64,000 nucleotides of DNA, taken from assembly GCA_963815215.1 (NCBI GenBank), contig CAWFFU010000011.1:448001-512000 (forward strand), given 5' to 3'. Positions 10,080 through 19,771 of this stretch are shown here, in pieces. Origin of the DNA: an uncultured Trueperaceae bacterium. GTDB lineage: Bacteria; Deinococcota; Deinococci; Deinococcales; Trueperaceae. Positions within the stretch are counted from its first letter, which is position 1. The number at the start of each line of letters is the position of its first letter. The position numbers were made by a program, and so were the translations under genes. The notes under the pieces were generated by a model. It had not been told where the DNA came from and did not search any database. It was given only the letters and a program-made list of their open reading frames with translations.

Positions 10080-10813
10080 AGCCGACCGTCCTCTCGCTCC
10101 AGGACATCACCAAGGCGTACCCTTCGGGCGGCAGCGAGTTCTGGGCCCTGAAAGGCGTGTCGTTCGAGGTGACGGCCGGCGAGATGGTCGCTCTGATGGG
10201 ACCGTCCGGCTCGGGCAAGTCGACGTTGATGAACATCCTCGGCATCCTCGACCGGCAGACGAGCGGGCGCTACCTGCTGAACGGCACCGACGTCACCGAT
10301 CTGAACGAGGACACGCGCGCCGAGGCCCGCAACCACGCCATCGGCTTCGTGTTCCAGGCCTTCCACCTGCTGCCCCGCGCCAGCCTGCTCGAGAACGTCG
10401 AAGTCCCGCTGACCTATGCCGGGGTACGGCCCCGTGCACGCCGCGAGCGCGCCATGGAGCTGCTCGAGCGCGTCGGCCTCGCCGACAAGAAGTCCAGCAC
10501 ACCGTCCGCCATCTCCGGTGGCCAGAAGCAACGCGTGGCGGTCGCCCGGGCCCTGGCCATGAGTCCCGCCCTGCTGCTCGCCGACGAGCCTACCGGCAAC
10601 CTCGACAGCACCACCGGCAACGAGATCATGGGACTCATCCACGACCTCAACGCCGAGGGGGCCACCATCCTGCTCGTCACGCACGAGCACGACATCGCCG
10701 ATCAGGCCGCCCGCACCATCGTGCTGCGCGACGGTCGGATCGAGAGCGATACGCGCCAGGCGCCGCGCCTGCCGGTGGCGATGGACCGGACCGTAGCGAC
10801 GAGGGCGCCGTGA
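10076..10813 (+). CDS. ABC ATP-binding protein (MacB/LolD-like)
   Basis: GPSGSGKST, SGGQKQRVA, ADEPTGNLD. Confidence 0.95.
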   Translation: MKPTVLSLQDITKAYPSGGSEFWALKGVSFEVTAGEMVALMGPSGSGKSTLMNILGILDRQTSGRYLLNGTDVTDLNEDTRAEARNHAIGFVFQAFHLLPRASLLENVEVPLTYAGVRPRARRERAMELLERVGLADKKSSTPSAISGGQKQRVAVARALAMSPALLLADEPTGNLDSTTGNEIMGLIHDLNAEGATILLVTHEHDIADQAARTIVLRDGRIESDTRQAPRLPVAMDRTVATRAP

Positions 10814-12111
10814 GCGACCTCCACCTGACCCGTCCGACCGAGGCGGCGTCCGTAACGCAACCGAAGCGCCCACGGGTGCGGGTCCAGCCCCGTGAGGTGC
10901 TGGCCATCGCCTGGCGCAGCATCCGCGCCAACGTCATGCGCAGCGTCCTCACGACCATCGGGGTCGTGATCGGGGTCGCCGCTGTAGTCGCCCTCACCTC
11001 CATCGGGGCCGGCGTCACGGCGAGGATCACGAGCAGCATCGCCAGCCTCGGCACCAATCTCCTAACGGTCCAGAGTGGCTCCGCCGGGTTCCACCCGGGG
11101 CTCGTACGTAGCGCGCCGACCCAGAGGGTCACCGTCGGCGACGCTGAGGCCATCGTGGCGCTGAACGATCCGCGCGCCGCGGGCATCGCCCCGGTGGCGC
11201 AGACCAGCACCCAGGTCAAGGCGGGCGCCAACAACCTCAACGCCACCGTGCTGGGAACGTGGGCCAGTTACGCCGATGTGCGCAACAGCCAACCCGAGAC
11301 CGGCACCTTCTTCAGCACGCTCGACGTCGATAACCGCAACCGCGTCGCCGTCATCGGCTCCGACATCGCCAGCGAGCTCTTCCCGGGTCGAGCGGCGGTC
11401 GGTTCCACGCTGCAGATCAAGGGCGTGTCCTACGAGGTGGTAGGGGTCCTGCCCGACAAGGGCAACAGCTTCGGAAGCACCAACGACAGCGTGCTCATCC
11501 CGCTCTCCACCTTCCTGCAACGTGTCCATCGCGATTCGCTGCTCGGCTCCACGACCCTGTCCGCCATCTACGTCGAGGCCACCAGTCCCGACACCATCGA
11601 CGGTCTCCAGAGCCAGCTGACCCAGCTCATCGCCGGCCGCCACGGGACGCTGAGCGCGAGCGAGTACGACTTCCGGATCCAGAACCAGACCGACAGCTTG
11701 GAATCGCTCAACAGCGTGACCCGGACGCTCACCCTCTTCCTCGGCGCGATCGCGGGCATCAGCCTGCTGGTCGGAGGCATCGGAATCATGAACATCATGC
11801 TGGTATCGGTCACCGAGCGCACGCGTGAGATCGGTGTCCGCAAGGCCCTCGGGGCGAAGCCGCGGCACATCCTGGCGCAGTTCCTGACCGAGTCCATCGT
11901 GCTGTCGGTCGGTGGCGGCGTGCTCGGCGTCGCGCTCGGGCTCGCCATCGCCCTGCTGATCGTCCCCCACTTCGGGATCACTGCGGTCCCGTCGATGGGA
12001 AGCGCGCTGATGGCGTTCGCGTTCGCGGTCACGGTCGGTGTGTTCTTCGGCTACTACCCGGCCCGCCGCGCCGCCGCACTCGATCCCGTGGCCTCCCTGA
12101 GGTACGAGTGA
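10810..12111 (+). CDS. ABC permease (MacB/FtsX-like)
   Basis: RSVLTTIGVVIGV, GIMNIMLVSVTERTREIG, PARRAA. Confidence 0.95.
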   Translation: MSDLHLTRPTEAASVTQPKRPRVRVQPREVLAIAWRSIRANVMRSVLTTIGVVIGVAAVVALTSIGAGVTARITSSIASLGTNLLTVQSGSAGFHPGLVRSAPTQRVTVGDAEAIVALNDPRAAGIAPVAQTSTQVKAGANNLNATVLGTWASYADVRNSQPETGTFFSTLDVDNRNRVAVIGSDIASELFPGRAAVGSTLQIKGVSYEVVGVLPDKGNSFGSTNDSVLIPLSTFLQRVHRDSLLGSTTLSAIYVEATSPDTIDGLQSQLTQLIAGRHGTLSASEYDFRIQNQTDSLESLNSVTRTLTLFLGAIAGISLLVGGIGIMNIMLVSVTERTREIGVRKALGAKPRHILAQFLTESIVLSVGGGVLGVALGLAIALLIVPHFGITAVPSMGSALMAFAFAVTVGVFFGYYPARRAAALDPVASLRYE

Positions 12112-13511
12112 TGCGTGTCCTCCCGGTCCTCCTCGCCACAGCCGCCCTCCTGACGGCCGCGCTTGCGGCCGCCCAGGGAACGGCAGGCGGAACCGACGCC
12201 ACCACCACGACGGCCGCACCGACGACCGCACCGACCGGTGAGGCGCGGTCCGCCACCGGCGCCAACCTGACCTTCGAGCAGGCCCTGCGATCGGCGATGA
12301 GCGCACCCGACGTGCAGAGCGCCGAGGCCGGCCTCACCATCGCCCGCAGCCGGCTGGCGGCGCGCACCGCCACCGTTCAGGGCAACGTCTCGGTCGACGC
12401 CGGTTCGAGCTGGGACCTCGCCAACGGCGGGAACACGCTCTCCGCCAGCGTCGGCGCCAACGCGACGTTCAACGTGCTGCCCTACGGCCCCTCCCAGGAC
12501 GCGCTCGACCGGGCGCAGGCCAGCGTGACCCGTGCGCAAGCCGCGCTGCGCTCGACGACCGGCGCCACCGTGGTCGCGGTGGCCACCGAGTACCTGACCG
12601 CGCTGCGGGCCGACCAGCAGGTCACCGTGCAGCAGGAGGCGCTGGCCCTGGCCCAGGCGAAGCTGCAGGCCGAGCAGGCCCGCAACCAGGCGGGCGCCGC
12701 CAGCGACGCCGACGTGCTGGCCGCCCAGCTCGATGTCGCCGGCGCCGCCGACGATCTCGCCAGTGCCCAGCGCAGCGCGCGTCGGGCCCTCTCAGCCCTC
12801 TCCCAGACGCTCGGCGTGCAGGTCGGCGCCGCGGACGGGGGAACCGGCGCCGCGATCGACGCCGCGGCACTGACCGCCGACGCCGACCTGTCCAAACGCA
12901 ACGACGTCATCGGCGCCACCCTCGACGTCGCGTCGGCCCGGCTCGACCTCCAGGGAGCCCGGCGCGACGCCGGGATCAGCCTCGACACCGCGCTCAGTTT
13001 CAGCGGCTCGACCGACACCACAGGCGTCAAGCTCTCGGCCGGATTCGACACCGCCAGCTTCCAGCCCACGGTCGGGGCCACGGTGAGCGTCACTACCGGT
13101 GGCAGCGCCTCCAGCTCGCTGAGCGCGGGCGTGGGGCTCAGCATCCCCATCGACGGCGGCAGCGGCGCCACCCTCGCCGCCTACCAGACGGCGCTCGAGC
13201 TCGCCAACGCGCAACTGGTGCGTACCCGCGACGCCGCCTCGGTCGACGTCGCCGACGCCCGGCGCAACCTCGAGGGCGAGGCCCAACAGCTGAGCCTGCA
13301 GGAGCAGCTCGCGGCTCAGGCCGAAACCATCCTCGAGCAGACACGACAGCGCTTCGAGCTGGGCCTCGTCTCCGTTCTCGACGTCCAGACCGCCAGCCTC
13401 TCGCTCCACCAGGCCCAGCTCGCCCGGGATCGTTCCGGCGACGCCGTGCTCATCGCCGGGGTCCAGCTCGCCCAGGCCATGGCCCTCGACCCCATGGAGG
13501 TCCTCAAGTGA
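12108..13511 (+). CDS. TolC family outer-membrane efflux protein
   Basis: signal peptide, helical repeats, RFELGLVSVLDV; operon context. Confidence 0.75.
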   Translation: MMRVLPVLLATAALLTAALAAAQGTAGGTDATTTTAAPTTAPTGEARSATGANLTFEQALRSAMSAPDVQSAEAGLTIARSRLAARTATVQGNVSVDAGSSWDLANGGNTLSASVGANATFNVLPYGPSQDALDRAQASVTRAQAALRSTTGATVVAVATEYLTALRADQQVTVQQEALALAQAKLQAEQARNQAGAASDADVLAAQLDVAGAADDLASAQRSARRALSALSQTLGVQVGAADGGTGAAIDAAALTADADLSKRNDVIGATLDVASARLDLQGARRDAGISLDTALSFSGSTDTTGVKLSAGFDTASFQPTVGATVSVTTGGSASSSLSAGVGLSIPIDGGSGATLAAYQTALELANAQLVRTRDAASVDVADARRNLEGEAQQLSLQEQLAAQAETILEQTRQRFELGLVSVLDVQTASLSLHQAQLARDRSGDAVLIAGVQLAQAMALDPMEVLK

Positions 13512-14575
13512 ACCGCTCCACCCCACCCCTGCTCGCCCTCGCGCTCGCCGCCATTCTCGGCATCGCGGGCACCGTCACGGCTCAGAGCGCCCCCGCCGCC
13601 CAGGGCGCGGCCACCACCTCGGACGCGCAGGCGATCTCACTGACCCAGACGCTCTCCGCCGCAGTCGAGCGCGCAGCGGACGTCATCACCGCCCGCAGCA
13701 CGCTGCAGGCGGCCCAACGCACGCTCGAGCGAACCCAGGCGGACCCGCTCGCCCTGAAGGTCGGTCTCCTCACCGCACAGAATGCCGCAGCCCAGGCCCA
13801 GCAGGTACTCGCCACGGCCGAGGCGACGGTACGCAAGAGCGCGGCCCAGGCGTACACCGCGCTGATCGAGGCCGACACGGCCCGCGCCGAGGCGCGCGAG
13901 GCCGAGGCCATCGCGAGCGCCAAGCTCGAAGCCACGCAGGCCAAGCAGGATGCAGGCGCCGCCACCTCGATCGACGTGGCCGAGGCCAAGGACACACTGG
14001 CATCGGCCCAGCGCGACAGCCGTGAAGCGGCGACCGACTACGATCTCGCTCTGAGCGAGCTGCAGACACAGACGGGCCTGGACGCCGGCGCCCTGATCGC
14101 CCTCAGCCCGTCGGATCTCCCGGCCGTTCCGAGCCTAGAGGACGCGCTCCGCGAAGCCCGCGGCTCCAGCGCCTCCCTCCAGGGAGCCACGCGCAAGCTC
14201 GCGCTGGCCCAGGCCCAGCTCGCCGCCGTCGACAACGCCTTCAGCGCCGCCTCGGACATCGAATCCGCCCGTGACGATGTTGCCGCCGCCAGAACCGCCC
14301 TCGACGCCGCCGCCTCCAACGTCGATGTGACGGTGGGCCAGGCGTTCGCCGGCGTCACCGCCGCCCAGCACCGCTACACGAGCGCGCAGGAGAGCCTCGC
14401 CACGTCCTCCGAGGACCTCGCCGCGCAGAAGGCCCGATCCGACGCCGGCACCCTCGCGCCGCTCGCCTATCAGGAGGTCCGCTTGAGCCACGCCAGGACG
14501 GTGGCTTCGGCCGCCACCACCCTCCACGACTGGATCCTGGCCGCCTTCGACCTGCAGCTCGCCATCCTGAAGTGA
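13508..14575 (+). CDS. Second TolC-like protein
   Basis: signal peptide, DAGAATSIDV and DAGTLAPL repeats, mostly helical. Confidence 0.7.
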   Translation: MNRSTPPLLALALAAILGIAGTVTAQSAPAAQGAATTSDAQAISLTQTLSAAVERAADVITARSTLQAAQRTLERTQADPLALKVGLLTAQNAAAQAQQVLATAEATVRKSAAQAYTALIEADTARAEAREAEAIASAKLEATQAKQDAGAATSIDVAEAKDTLASAQRDSREAATDYDLALSELQTQTGLDAGALIALSPSDLPAVPSLEDALREARGSSASLQGATRKLALAQAQLAAVDNAFSAASDIESARDDVAAARTALDAAASNVDVTVGQAFAGVTAAQHRYTSAQESLATSSEDLAAQKARSDAGTLAPLAYQEVRLSHARTVASAATTLHDWILAAFDLQLAILK

Positions 14576-14597
14576 GGCGGCGGGCGGCGATCGGAGC

Positions 14598-15194
14598 TCA
14601 CCCCGGTTCGGACGCCGCCCCCGCCAGCGCTGCATGATGCATCGCGATCAGCCGCTCGAAGCTGACGTCCAGATCGAGCGGGAGACCGAAGCCGCCGGCA
14701 CTCTCGAGCGCGACGAAACCGTGCAGCGAGCTGCGCAACGCCCGCGTGGCGTGGAGGGCTTCGTCGCCCTCGAGGGCATACCCCTGCAGCACACTCACCA
14801 CTACTTGCACCAGCCTCTCGGCGGCCGCCGCGGCGGCCTGCCGGTCCCGCGCGGACGTCGACGCATCGCCCGCGGCGCTCAGGGTCAGGGCGTAGAGACC
14901 CGGGTGTCGATGGGCGAACGCGCGGTACGCCTGCGCCAGCGCGACCAACGCGTCGCGCCCGGACCGGCCTACCGCGGCCCGCTGCAGGCCCTGCTCCAGG
15001 GCTTCCAGGCCCCTGAACCGGAGCGCACCGCGCAGATCGCCGAGTCCGTCGATGTGGTTGTACAGCGACGGCGTCCGCACGCCCAAAGCCTGCGCCAGCG
15101 CGGCCAGGGACAACGCCGACGGGCCCTCCCGGTCGAGGATCTCGGCGGCCCGCTCGACCAGCCGCTCCCGCGTGACGCCGGGTCTACGCGCCAC
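14598..15194 (-). CDS. TetR family regulator (WHG/TetR_C_33-like)
   Basis: LGVRTPSLYNH HTH; LHGFVALE. Confidence 0.9.
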   Translation of the reverse strand: MARRPGVTRERLVERAAEILDREGPSALSLAALAQALGVRTPSLYNHIDGLGDLRGALRFRGLEALEQGLQRAAVGRSGRDALVALAQAYRAFAHRHPGLYALTLSAAGDASTSARDRQAAAAAAERLVQVVVSVLQGYALEGDEALHATRALRSSLHGFVALESAGGFGLPLDLDVSFERLIAMHHAALAGAASEPG

Positions 15195-16116
15195 GCCGCG
15201 TCCGCTCGAGGAACGCGAGCACGGGCGTGGCAACAGCCTCTGGCATCTCGCTGTGCGGGTAGTGGCCGGCTCCCTCGATCATCAACGACTCGCCCCGGAG
15301 GCCGTCGGCCAGCCGGCGAGCCTCGTCGGCCGGATCGGTGAAGTCGGGGTCCTTGCTGCCCATCACCACTAGCGTGGGCGCCGCCACCTCAGCGAGGCGC
15401 TGTGCGATGTCGGGCTCGCTACTGAACATCATGGCCTTGACAGCCTCGAAGCGCCCTGGCTCTGCCAGGTTGGCGCGCAGCGCGGCCCGGTAGGCGCGGA
15501 AGTCCGCGGGCTTGCGGGTCGGGAAGAGGGTGCCGAAGTACGCGCTCCAGGCCGCCACCTTCCAGGGGCCCGCGAACAGCACCCGTGTCAGCGCCTGCAG
15601 CAGCGGCTTCGCCGGTTGCGGCAGCACGAACGGACCGATGAGCACCAAGGCGTCGACCGCGTCCGGCCGCTCGGCGGCCGCCCAAACGGCGGGCGCGGCA
15701 GAGAACGAGTTGCCGACGATGGTGGCGGGCCCCGCATCCAACGCCTCGATGAGCGCCAGAAGGTCGCCGCCCGCGGCCTTCCTGCCGTAGTCGTCCCACC
15801 CCACGCTCGAGCCTCCGTGGCCGCGCAGGTCGAGGCTCACCGTCCGGTAGCCGGCGGCCACCAGCTCGCGAGCGAGGAACCGGTACTCCTGCCGAAGGTC
15901 GCCCAGGCCCGGTACCAGGACCACCAGCGGACCGGTCCCCTCGTCGTCGTAGGCAAGCGTGCCGCCTTCGACCTGGAGACGCCGCTCGGACGCTCCCTTG
16001 GCGGGCCCGGTCGACGCGGTGTGGGTCGACGCGGTGCCGGTCGAGGCGGTGCCGAGGGTCGACGGAGGCGGCGTGACCCCTTCTCTGTTCGGATCTGTTC
16101 CGTTCGTGGAAAACAT
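15184..16116 (-). CDS. Alpha/beta fold hydrolase
   Basis: DLRGHGGS, GNSFS nucleophile, GAGHYPH. Confidence 0.9.
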   Translation of the reverse strand: MFSTNGTDPNREGVTPPPSTLGTASTGTASTHTASTGPAKGASERRLQVEGGTLAYDDEGTGPLVVLVPGLGDLRQEYRFLARELVAAGYRTVSLDLRGHGGSSVGWDDYGRKAAGGDLLALIEALDAGPATIVGNSFSAAPAVWAAAERPDAVDALVLIGPFVLPQPAKPLLQALTRVLFAGPWKVAAWSAYFGTLFPTRKPADFRAYRAALRANLAEPGRFEAVKAMMFSSEPDIAQRLAEVAAPTLVVMGSKDPDFTDPADEARRLADGLRGESLMIEGAGHYPHSEMPEAVATPVLAFLERTRRGA

Positions 16117-16129
16117 GATTAGGTTATAT

Positions 16130-16144
16130 ACTAATGTCCTTAGT
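16130..16144. promoter_or_regulatory. Putative TetR operator in AT-rich promoter
   Basis: ACTAA-TGTCC-TTAGT inverted repeat 14 bp upstream of hydrolase ATG. Confidence 0.55.
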
Positions 16145-16163
16145 TCGTCAACCCCTCCATGCC

Positions 16164-16520
16164 CCGCTCCTGGTCGGCATACCGACCCTGGCCGACCAAC
16201 GCCTGACGCAGGGGGCGCTGGCTTTCGGCCTGCTCATGCCCGCGTTCTCGGGCGGCAACCTGATCGGCTACCTGCTGGCCGGATCGCTGCCCCGCATCGC
16301 CGGCAGGGCCAGGCCGATCCTGATCGCCGCGCTCTTCGCGGCCTTCGGAACGGTCATCGGATCGCTCGGCTTCATCGCGTCCACCTGGGTCGACTTCGGT
16401 CCGCTGTTCGGGCTAGGGGTGGGCAACGGTTACGTCGCCATCCTGCTGTACACGTGGGTGCAGACGCGTACGCCCAGGGCCATGCCGGGGCGCATGATGA
16501 GCATCCTGATGCTCGCCGGC
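16164..16520 (+). pseudogene. MFS transporter fragment
   Basis: hydrophobic helices and TWVQTRTPRAMPGRMMSI loop; no N-half, degenerates at 12-bp duplication; limits approximate. Confidence 0.65.
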
Positions 16521-16767
16521 ACCGACCGCGGCACCGACCGCGGTCGGAACGAGCGAAGCGTGAACCTGTGGGGCTCACGCGCGTGCAGAGCGCTCCTGCA
16601 GCAGGGCAATCGTCCCTGCCGGGGCCGGTGGCAGGCGCCTACCATCGAGGGCACGGCATGGCCGAGAACCCGGGCTTCGCAGCTCCGCGGTCGCGATCAC
16701 GGAGGACCTCGAGCCCGCTCCCGGCCCCACACCGGCGCGCATGCGCACGGGCACGACGCGTCCGCGG

Positions 16768-16875
16768 ATCGGGCTTCAGCTCGCGCTGCTCGACCTGGCA
16801 TTCGGAGTGACCTTCGAGCGCGCCCGTAACCTCGTCGTTCCCTCCGTGGCCCACGTGCCGGTGAACGGCCTCGAT
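16768..16875 (+). pseudogene. CPBP/Abi intramembrane protease C-terminal remnant
   Basis: AFGVTFERARNLVVPSVAHVPVN resembles CPBP terminal motif (..P..AH...N); limits approximate. Confidence 0.45.
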
Positions 16876-16925
16876 TGTGTTCCGCGGCCGCAGGCCGCGC
16901 AACCGGGAGAAGGGGTACCGACTTC

Positions 16926-17483
16926 ATGGACGCTCACGCGCTGGGTCTGCTCGATATCGTGATCCGCACCGTCGCGGCGCACACCGTGACCTACACCGTG
17001 GTCGGCATCGCCGCCATGAACGTCTTCCGCTACACCCGGGCCCTCCGGGAAGACCCCGTGCGTCGGGCGACGCTGCGTGACACCTCCAACCCGTGGGTGA
17101 TGGCCGGTCCGCTCCTCCAACCGCTTCGCGGCGCGCTCTTCGGGCTCGTCTTCTACCTGCTCAGGGACACGCTCTTCGCCCCGAACGGCTGGCTCGTCCT
17201 GTGGGTCATGCTCGTCTCCGTCGGCATCCTCGGCACCTTCGCCCCGGCCCCCTCCTCCATCGAGGGCTGGATCTACCTCGAGCGCTCCGCGAGCGGCCCT
17301 CTCTGGGGCGGCCTCGTCGAGATCCTGACCCAGTCGTTGTTGCTGTCCGTGGTGAGCTTCCTGTGGATCACGAACCCGGCTGCCGCGTGGCTCGATTGGG
17401 TCCTGGGGGTCCTCTTCGTGCTGACGTTGGCGATGCCCGCCCTGGGCCTGGTGGCGGCGCGCGCCGCGCGCCGTTCAGCGTAG
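16926..17483 (+). CDS. Hypothetical integral membrane protein
   Basis: about 5 TM segments, GC3-rich codons, GPLLQPLRG and PAPSSIEG segments. Confidence 0.75.
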   Translation: MDAHALGLLDIVIRTVAAHTVTYTVVGIAAMNVFRYTRALREDPVRRATLRDTSNPWVMAGPLLQPLRGALFGLVFYLLRDTLFAPNGWLVLWVMLVSVGILGTFAPAPSSIEGWIYLERSASGPLWGGLVEILTQSLLLSVVSFLWITNPAAAWLDWVLGVLFVLTLAMPALGLVAARAARRSA

Positions 17484-17668
17484 AAGGGCCGGGAGCGTCC
17501 CGGGGCGCCCACGGCAGACCGCTCCGGCCGATCCCGACGCACCCGACCCGATCGCCAGGCTCCCATCGCCCGGCCAGGCGCCCCGGCCCTGAGGGCCAAA
17601 CGCCATCTCGCTTCCGGTGCGCCGAACCTCTACACTACGGGCGGAGCGGCCGTCGAGGGAGTCCCACC

Positions 17669-18850
17669 ATGGCGGACGTCGGAGCAACCCCCCTGCAGTA
17701 TCTCGACAGGGCCCTGGGAACGGTCCGCGAGCTCGGCCTGATGCCCGAGCACAGCGGCGACCAGGAAGCGCCCATCACGGCTCTGCTGAAGCGGATCAGC
17801 AGCCTCGACGAGGCGAAGGTGGTCGTGATCGCCCGCACGCTCGACCAGGCGTCGCTGTTCAACGACGTCGTGCGCGAGCAGGTGGGCGCCAGCGACATCG
17901 CCACCCGCTACGAGACCATCACCCACGCCTTCAACAGCATCCGCGACGACGCCAAACGCATGGTGGACCAGATCGAGGACGGCAAGATCACCACTTTCGA
18001 GCGCCTCGCCAACGTCTGGATGAAGGTGACCCGCGGCGACGTCGCCTCCCGCTTCGACACCATCAAGCGCAGCTTCCTCGAGGTCACGCGGTCCACGCTG
18101 GATCAGGTCGAGCGTGAGCGGCGCATCCTCGAGGCCTACCAGGACTTCCGAGGGGCGTTGAAGGAGGCCGAGATCCTGGCGCTGGAGGTGCTGAAGGCCG
18201 CCGACGCGGAGCTGGCCGGCGCCCGGCAGGCGGTCGCCGATGCCGCCGACCATGTGACGGCCGCCCCGGCGGACGACCTGACGGAGCGGGCGCGGCGCGA
18301 GCTGGCGCGCGACGAGCGCGTGCGGGCGCTCCAGACGTCGGAGGCGCGCTACCAGATCGCCAAGGACCTGTCCGACAACCTGACCGTCGCCTACCACACC
18401 TCCGAGGTCATCATGACCCGGCTGCTGCAGACCACCAACGCCAAAGAACGCGTGCACGCGCAGTCGGTCAGCTTCTTCTCCACCAACGAGACCGTCCTCA
18501 CGGCGCTCAGCGCCTCGTTCACCGGCATGTTCGGCCTGCACGAGAGCACCCGCACCATCGAAGCGATGAAGGAAGGGGTCGGCAAGTCGCTCGAGGACCT
18601 CGCAGAGGTCGGCGGTCAGGTGCAGGAAGCGGCCCTCCGGGCCGGCTACGGGCCGACGATCCGCGCCGAAGCCGTGAAGAAGCTGGTCGAGTCGGTGGTG
18701 GCCTACCAGACGCACGCACGCGAGATCATCGAGGAGATGCGCGCGAAGAGCACGGCGAACGCGCGTGAGATCCGGGAGGCGGTGGAGGACGGCAAGCGCC
18801 GCCTGGCGCGCCTGGCCGAGCAGGGCGAGGCGTCCGCGCCGACGGCATGA
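17669..18850 (+). CDS. Uncharacterised helical protein, TelA/toxic-anion-resistance-like
   Basis: all-helical 393 aa ORF; -10 TACACT at 17631 and SD GAGGGAG; family call from memory. Confidence 0.7.
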   Translation: MADVGATPLQYLDRALGTVRELGLMPEHSGDQEAPITALLKRISSLDEAKVVVIARTLDQASLFNDVVREQVGASDIATRYETITHAFNSIRDDAKRMVDQIEDGKITTFERLANVWMKVTRGDVASRFDTIKRSFLEVTRSTLDQVERERRILEAYQDFRGALKEAEILALEVLKAADAELAGARQAVADAADHVTAAPADDLTERARRELARDERVRALQTSEARYQIAKDLSDNLTVAYHTSEVIMTRLLQTTNAKERVHAQSVSFFSTNETVLTALSASFTGMFGLHESTRTIEAMKEGVGKSLEDLAEVGGQVQEAALRAGYGPTIRAEAVKKLVESVVAYQTHAREIIEEMRAKSTANAREIREAVEDGKRRLARLAEQGEASAPTA

Positions 18851-19752
18851 CGGAAGCGCCCGCCACCCGGGCCGGGGCCCCGCTCGACGACATCATGCTC
18901 GCCATGGACGTGGTGGACACGCTGCGCCAGCGACGCCAGCTGGTGGAGCAGGAACTCGACGAGCCGGCGCGCGCCCAGGACCTCATCGAGCGTCTGCGGA
19001 AGATCTACGCCGCACAGGGGATCGAGGTTCCCGACGACATCCTGGCGCAGGGCGTGGCCGCCCTGGCGCAGGAACGCTTCGTCCATCGACCGACACCGCC
19101 GTCGCTCGCGACCGCGCTCGCCAGGATCTACGTCACGCGGCGCCGGTGGGGCGCATGGCTGGTCGCCTGCCTGGCGCTGGCCGCCGTGACGTACGGCGCC
19201 TATCGGACCGAGGTCGTCGCCCCGCGCGCCGCGCTGTCTGGGGAGCTGACGGCCGCGCACGCCGCGGTCCTGCGGCTCGCGGCCGTACCGGAAGCCACCG
19301 ATCGCGCCGACACCCTCTACGACGCGGCGCGCACGGCCCTGGGACAGCGCAGCTATGCGGCGGCCCGGGCCGGTCTGGCCGACCTTCAGGCGCTCACGGC
19401 GACGCTCGAGCAGACCTACACCGTGCGCGTGGTCAACCGTCCCGGCCAGCCGTCGGGAGTCTGGCGAATCCCCGACGTGAACCCCACGGCACGGAACTAC
19501 TACCTCATCGTCGAGGCCCGGGGGCCCGACGGGACCTCCGTGACGGCCACCGTACGCAACGAGGAGACCGGCGACAGCGTGCCGGTCGAGCGATGGGGCG
19601 TTCGCGTCGACGAGGCCACCTTCCAGGCCGTGGCACGGGATAAGCAGGACGACGGCATCATCCAGGCCGACATCGTCGGCCTCAAGCGCCGCGGCGCACT
19701 GGACCCCAGCTACACCATCCCCACCACCGGAGCGGCCATCACGCACTGGTAG
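18847..19752 (+). CDS. DUF6384-like single-TM protein
   Basis: LDDIMLAMDVVDTLR N-terminus, one TM, NYYLIVEA and WGVRV; ATGA overlap. Confidence 0.7.
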   Translation: MTEAPATRAGAPLDDIMLAMDVVDTLRQRRQLVEQELDEPARAQDLIERLRKIYAAQGIEVPDDILAQGVAALAQERFVHRPTPPSLATALARIYVTRRRWGAWLVACLALAAVTYGAYRTEVVAPRAALSGELTAAHAAVLRLAAVPEATDRADTLYDAARTALGQRSYAAARAGLADLQALTATLEQTYTVRVVNRPGQPSGVWRIPDVNPTARNYYLIVEARGPDGTSVTATVRNEETGDSVPVERWGVRVDEATFQAVARDKQDDGIIQADIVGLKRRGALDPSYTIPTTGAAITHW

Positions 19753-19771
19753 CGCTCGGAACGGACACGGC

